64,000 nucleotides of DNA from Malacoraja senta (taxonomy: Eukaryota), in contig JAXLNO010000203.1 of NCBI GenBank assembly GCA_038087875.1, positions 1 to 64,000 on the forward strand. Direction: 5' to 3'. Shown here in pieces: positions 61,901 through 64,000 of the stretch (positions are counted from its first letter, which is position 1; every line of letters starts with the position of its first letter). The notes beneath the pieces were generated by a model. That model had not been told where the DNA came from and did no database searches. It was given only the letters and a program-made list of their open reading frames with translations. The position numbers and the translations under genes are program-made.

Positions 61901-64000
61901 AACATTTCGGCAAGGTCGCCAGAAATCATGCAACGTCGCCAGAAATCCGGCATGGAAACCACATTTCCGGCAAGGTCGCCATAAATCCGGCAAGGTCGCC
62001 ACAAATCCGGCAAGGTCGCCACATTTCCGGCAAGGTCGCCATAAATCCGGCAAGGTCGCCACAAATCCAGCAGGGTCGCCACAAATGCGGCAAGGGCGCC
62101 ACATTTCCGGCAAGGTCGCTACATTTCCGGCAAGGGCGCCATTAATCCGGGAATGTCGCCATAAATCCGGCAAGGTCGCCACATTCCCGGCAAGGGCGCC
62201 ATAAATCCTGCAAGGTCGCCACAAATCCGGCAAGGTCGCTTCATTTCGGGCAAGGTCACCATTAATCCGGCAAGGTCGCCACAAATCCGGCAAGGTCGCC
62301 ACATTTCCGGCAATGTCGCCATATTTCCGGCAAGGTCACCATAAATCCGGCAAGGTCGCCACATTTCCGGCAAGGTCGCCATAAATCCGACAAGGTCGCC
62401 ACAAATCCAGCAGGGTCGCCACAAATGCGGCAAGGTCGCCACATTTCCGGCAAGGTCGCCACATTTCCGGCAAGGGCGCCATTAATCCGGGAATGTCGCC
62501 ATAAATCCGGCAAGGTCGCCACATTCCCGGCAAGGGCGCCATAAATCCTGCAAGGTCGCCACAAATGCGGCAAGGTCGCCATAAATCCGGCAAGGTCGCC
62601 ATATTTCCGGCAAGGTCGCCATAAATCCGGCGAGGTCGCCATATTTCCGGCGAAGTCGCCATAAATCGGGAAAGGTCGCCATAATTCCGGCGATGTCGCC
62701 ATAGTTCCGGCAAAGTCTCCATAAATCCGGCAAGTTTGCCATAAATCTGCAAAGTCGCCATAACTCCGGCAAGGTCGTCGTATTTCCGACACGGTCGCCA
62801 TAAATCTGGCTAGGACGCCATAAATCCGGCAAGGTCGCCATAGATCCGGCAAGGTCGCCACAAATCCGGCAAGTTCGCAACATTTCGGCAAGGTCGCCAG
62901 AAATCCAGCATCGTCGCCAGAAATCCGGCAAGGACGCCGCATTTCCGGCAAGGTCGCCATAAATCCGGCAAGGTCGCCACATTTCCGGCAAGGTCGCCAT
63001 AAATCCGGCAAGGTCGCCACAAATCCCACAAAGTCGCCATAAATCCGGCAAGGTCGCCACAACTCCGGCAAGGTCGCCACAATTCCGGCAAGGTCGCCAT
63101 AAATCCGGCAAGGTCGACACAAATCCGGTAAGGTCGCCACATCCCCGGCAAGGTCGCCACAAATCCGTCAAGGTCGCCACATTTCAGGCAAGGTCGCCAT
63201 AAATCGGGCAAGGTCGCCACAAATCCGTCAAGGTCGCCACATTTCCGGCAAGGTCGCCAATAATCCGAGGATTTCGCCATAAATCCGGCAAGGTCGCCAC
63301 ATTCGCGGCAAGGTCGCCATAAACCCGGCAAGGTCGCCGCAAATCCGGCAAGGTCGCCACATTCCCGACAAGGTCGCCATAAATCCGGCAAGGTCGCCAC
63401 AAATCCAGCAAGGTCGCCACAAATGCGGCAGGGTCGCCACATTTCCGGCAATGTCGCCATAAATCCGGCAAATTCGCCACAAATCCGACAAGGTCGCCAT
63501 AAATCCGGCAAGGTCGCCACATTTCCGGCAAGATCGCCATAAATCCGGCAAGGTCGCCACAAATCCGCCAAGGTCGCCACATTTCCGGAAAGGTCGCCAT
63601 AAACCCGGCAAGGTCGCCACAAATCCGGCAAGGTCACCACATTTCCGGCAATGTCGCCATATTTCCGGCAAGGTCACCATAATCCGGCAAGGTCGCCACA
63701 AATACGGCAAGGTCGCCATAAATCCGGCAAGGTCGCCATATTTCCGGCAAGGTCGCCATAAATCCGGCGAGGTCGCCATATTTCCGGCGAGGTCGCCATA
63801 AATCGGGCAAGGTCGCCATAATTCCGGCGATGTCGCCATAGTTCCGGCAAAGTCGCCATTAATCCGGCAAGTTTGCCATAAATCTGCAAAGTTGCCATAA
63901 CTCCGGCAAGGTCGTCGTATTTACGGCACGGTCGCCATAAATCCGGCTAGCACGCCATAAATCCGGCAAGGTCGCCATATTTCCGGCAAGGTCGCGTCAA

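Larger units (their letters stand above)
28988..64000 (+). repeat. Satellite B: CpG-rich 20-bp tandem repeat, consensus CCA(T/C)A(A/T)(A/T)TCCGGCAAGGTCG, roughly 1300 monomers, runs off the right edge
   Basis: Continuous 20-bp register with occasional 19-bp units from 33749 to 64000, except the L1 at 45687-49960. A first partial monomer lies at 28988-29004, before the LTR. Confidence 0.97.

Noticed and set aside
33620..63898. Hundreds of long minus-strand ORFs (MATLPDLWRPCRIYGDLAGF repeats, up to ~550 aa) as a repetitive protein gene
   Set aside because: The 20-bp monomer has no stop codon on the minus strand, and 20 is not a multiple of 3, so all three frames give the same peptide. The 19-bp units shift frame freely, so there is no sign of coding constraint.
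33749..64000. CRISPR-like repeat/spacer array
   Set aside because: Monomers are head-to-tail with no unique spacers, there are no cas genes, and the context is eukaryotic.

Overview
A 64-kb window of eukaryotic repetitive DNA with no recognisable host gene. The CR1, Penelope, Rex1 and L1 families look like those of a cartilaginous fish, probably a skate or ray (inference). The left 29 kb is a degenerate 10-bp satellite, (CCCCTCTAAA)n / (TTTAGAGGGG)n, heavily invaded by nested retroelements. These are a 3'-truncated DIRS carrying a full-length L1 and a Rex1/Babar LINE (the latter itself carrying a tRNA-SINE), a CR1 carrying a second full-length L1 (itself carrying a Penelope-type hammerhead fragment), and further CR1, L2 and Rex-tailed fragments. 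At about 29.0 kb a CR1 3' end and a Mag-like Gypsy element (identical 204-bp LTRs, GTTGC target-site duplication) mark the switch to a CpG-rich 20-bp satellite (CCATAAATCCGGCAAGGTCG). That satellite runs to the window end, contains one 5'-truncated L1, and shows higher-order repeats (938 bp, about 3.27 kb) that become more homogeneous to the right. The hundreds of ORFs in it are artefacts of the monomer sequence. The best candidates for novelty are: a covarying two-hairpin motif shared by the inter-ORF spacers of two divergent L1 families; a shared L1 5' module (ETS+YY1-like terminus, antisense splice donor, CRE palindrome); and the resemblance of the 20-bp satellite monomer to that L1 terminal ETS/YY1 motif.
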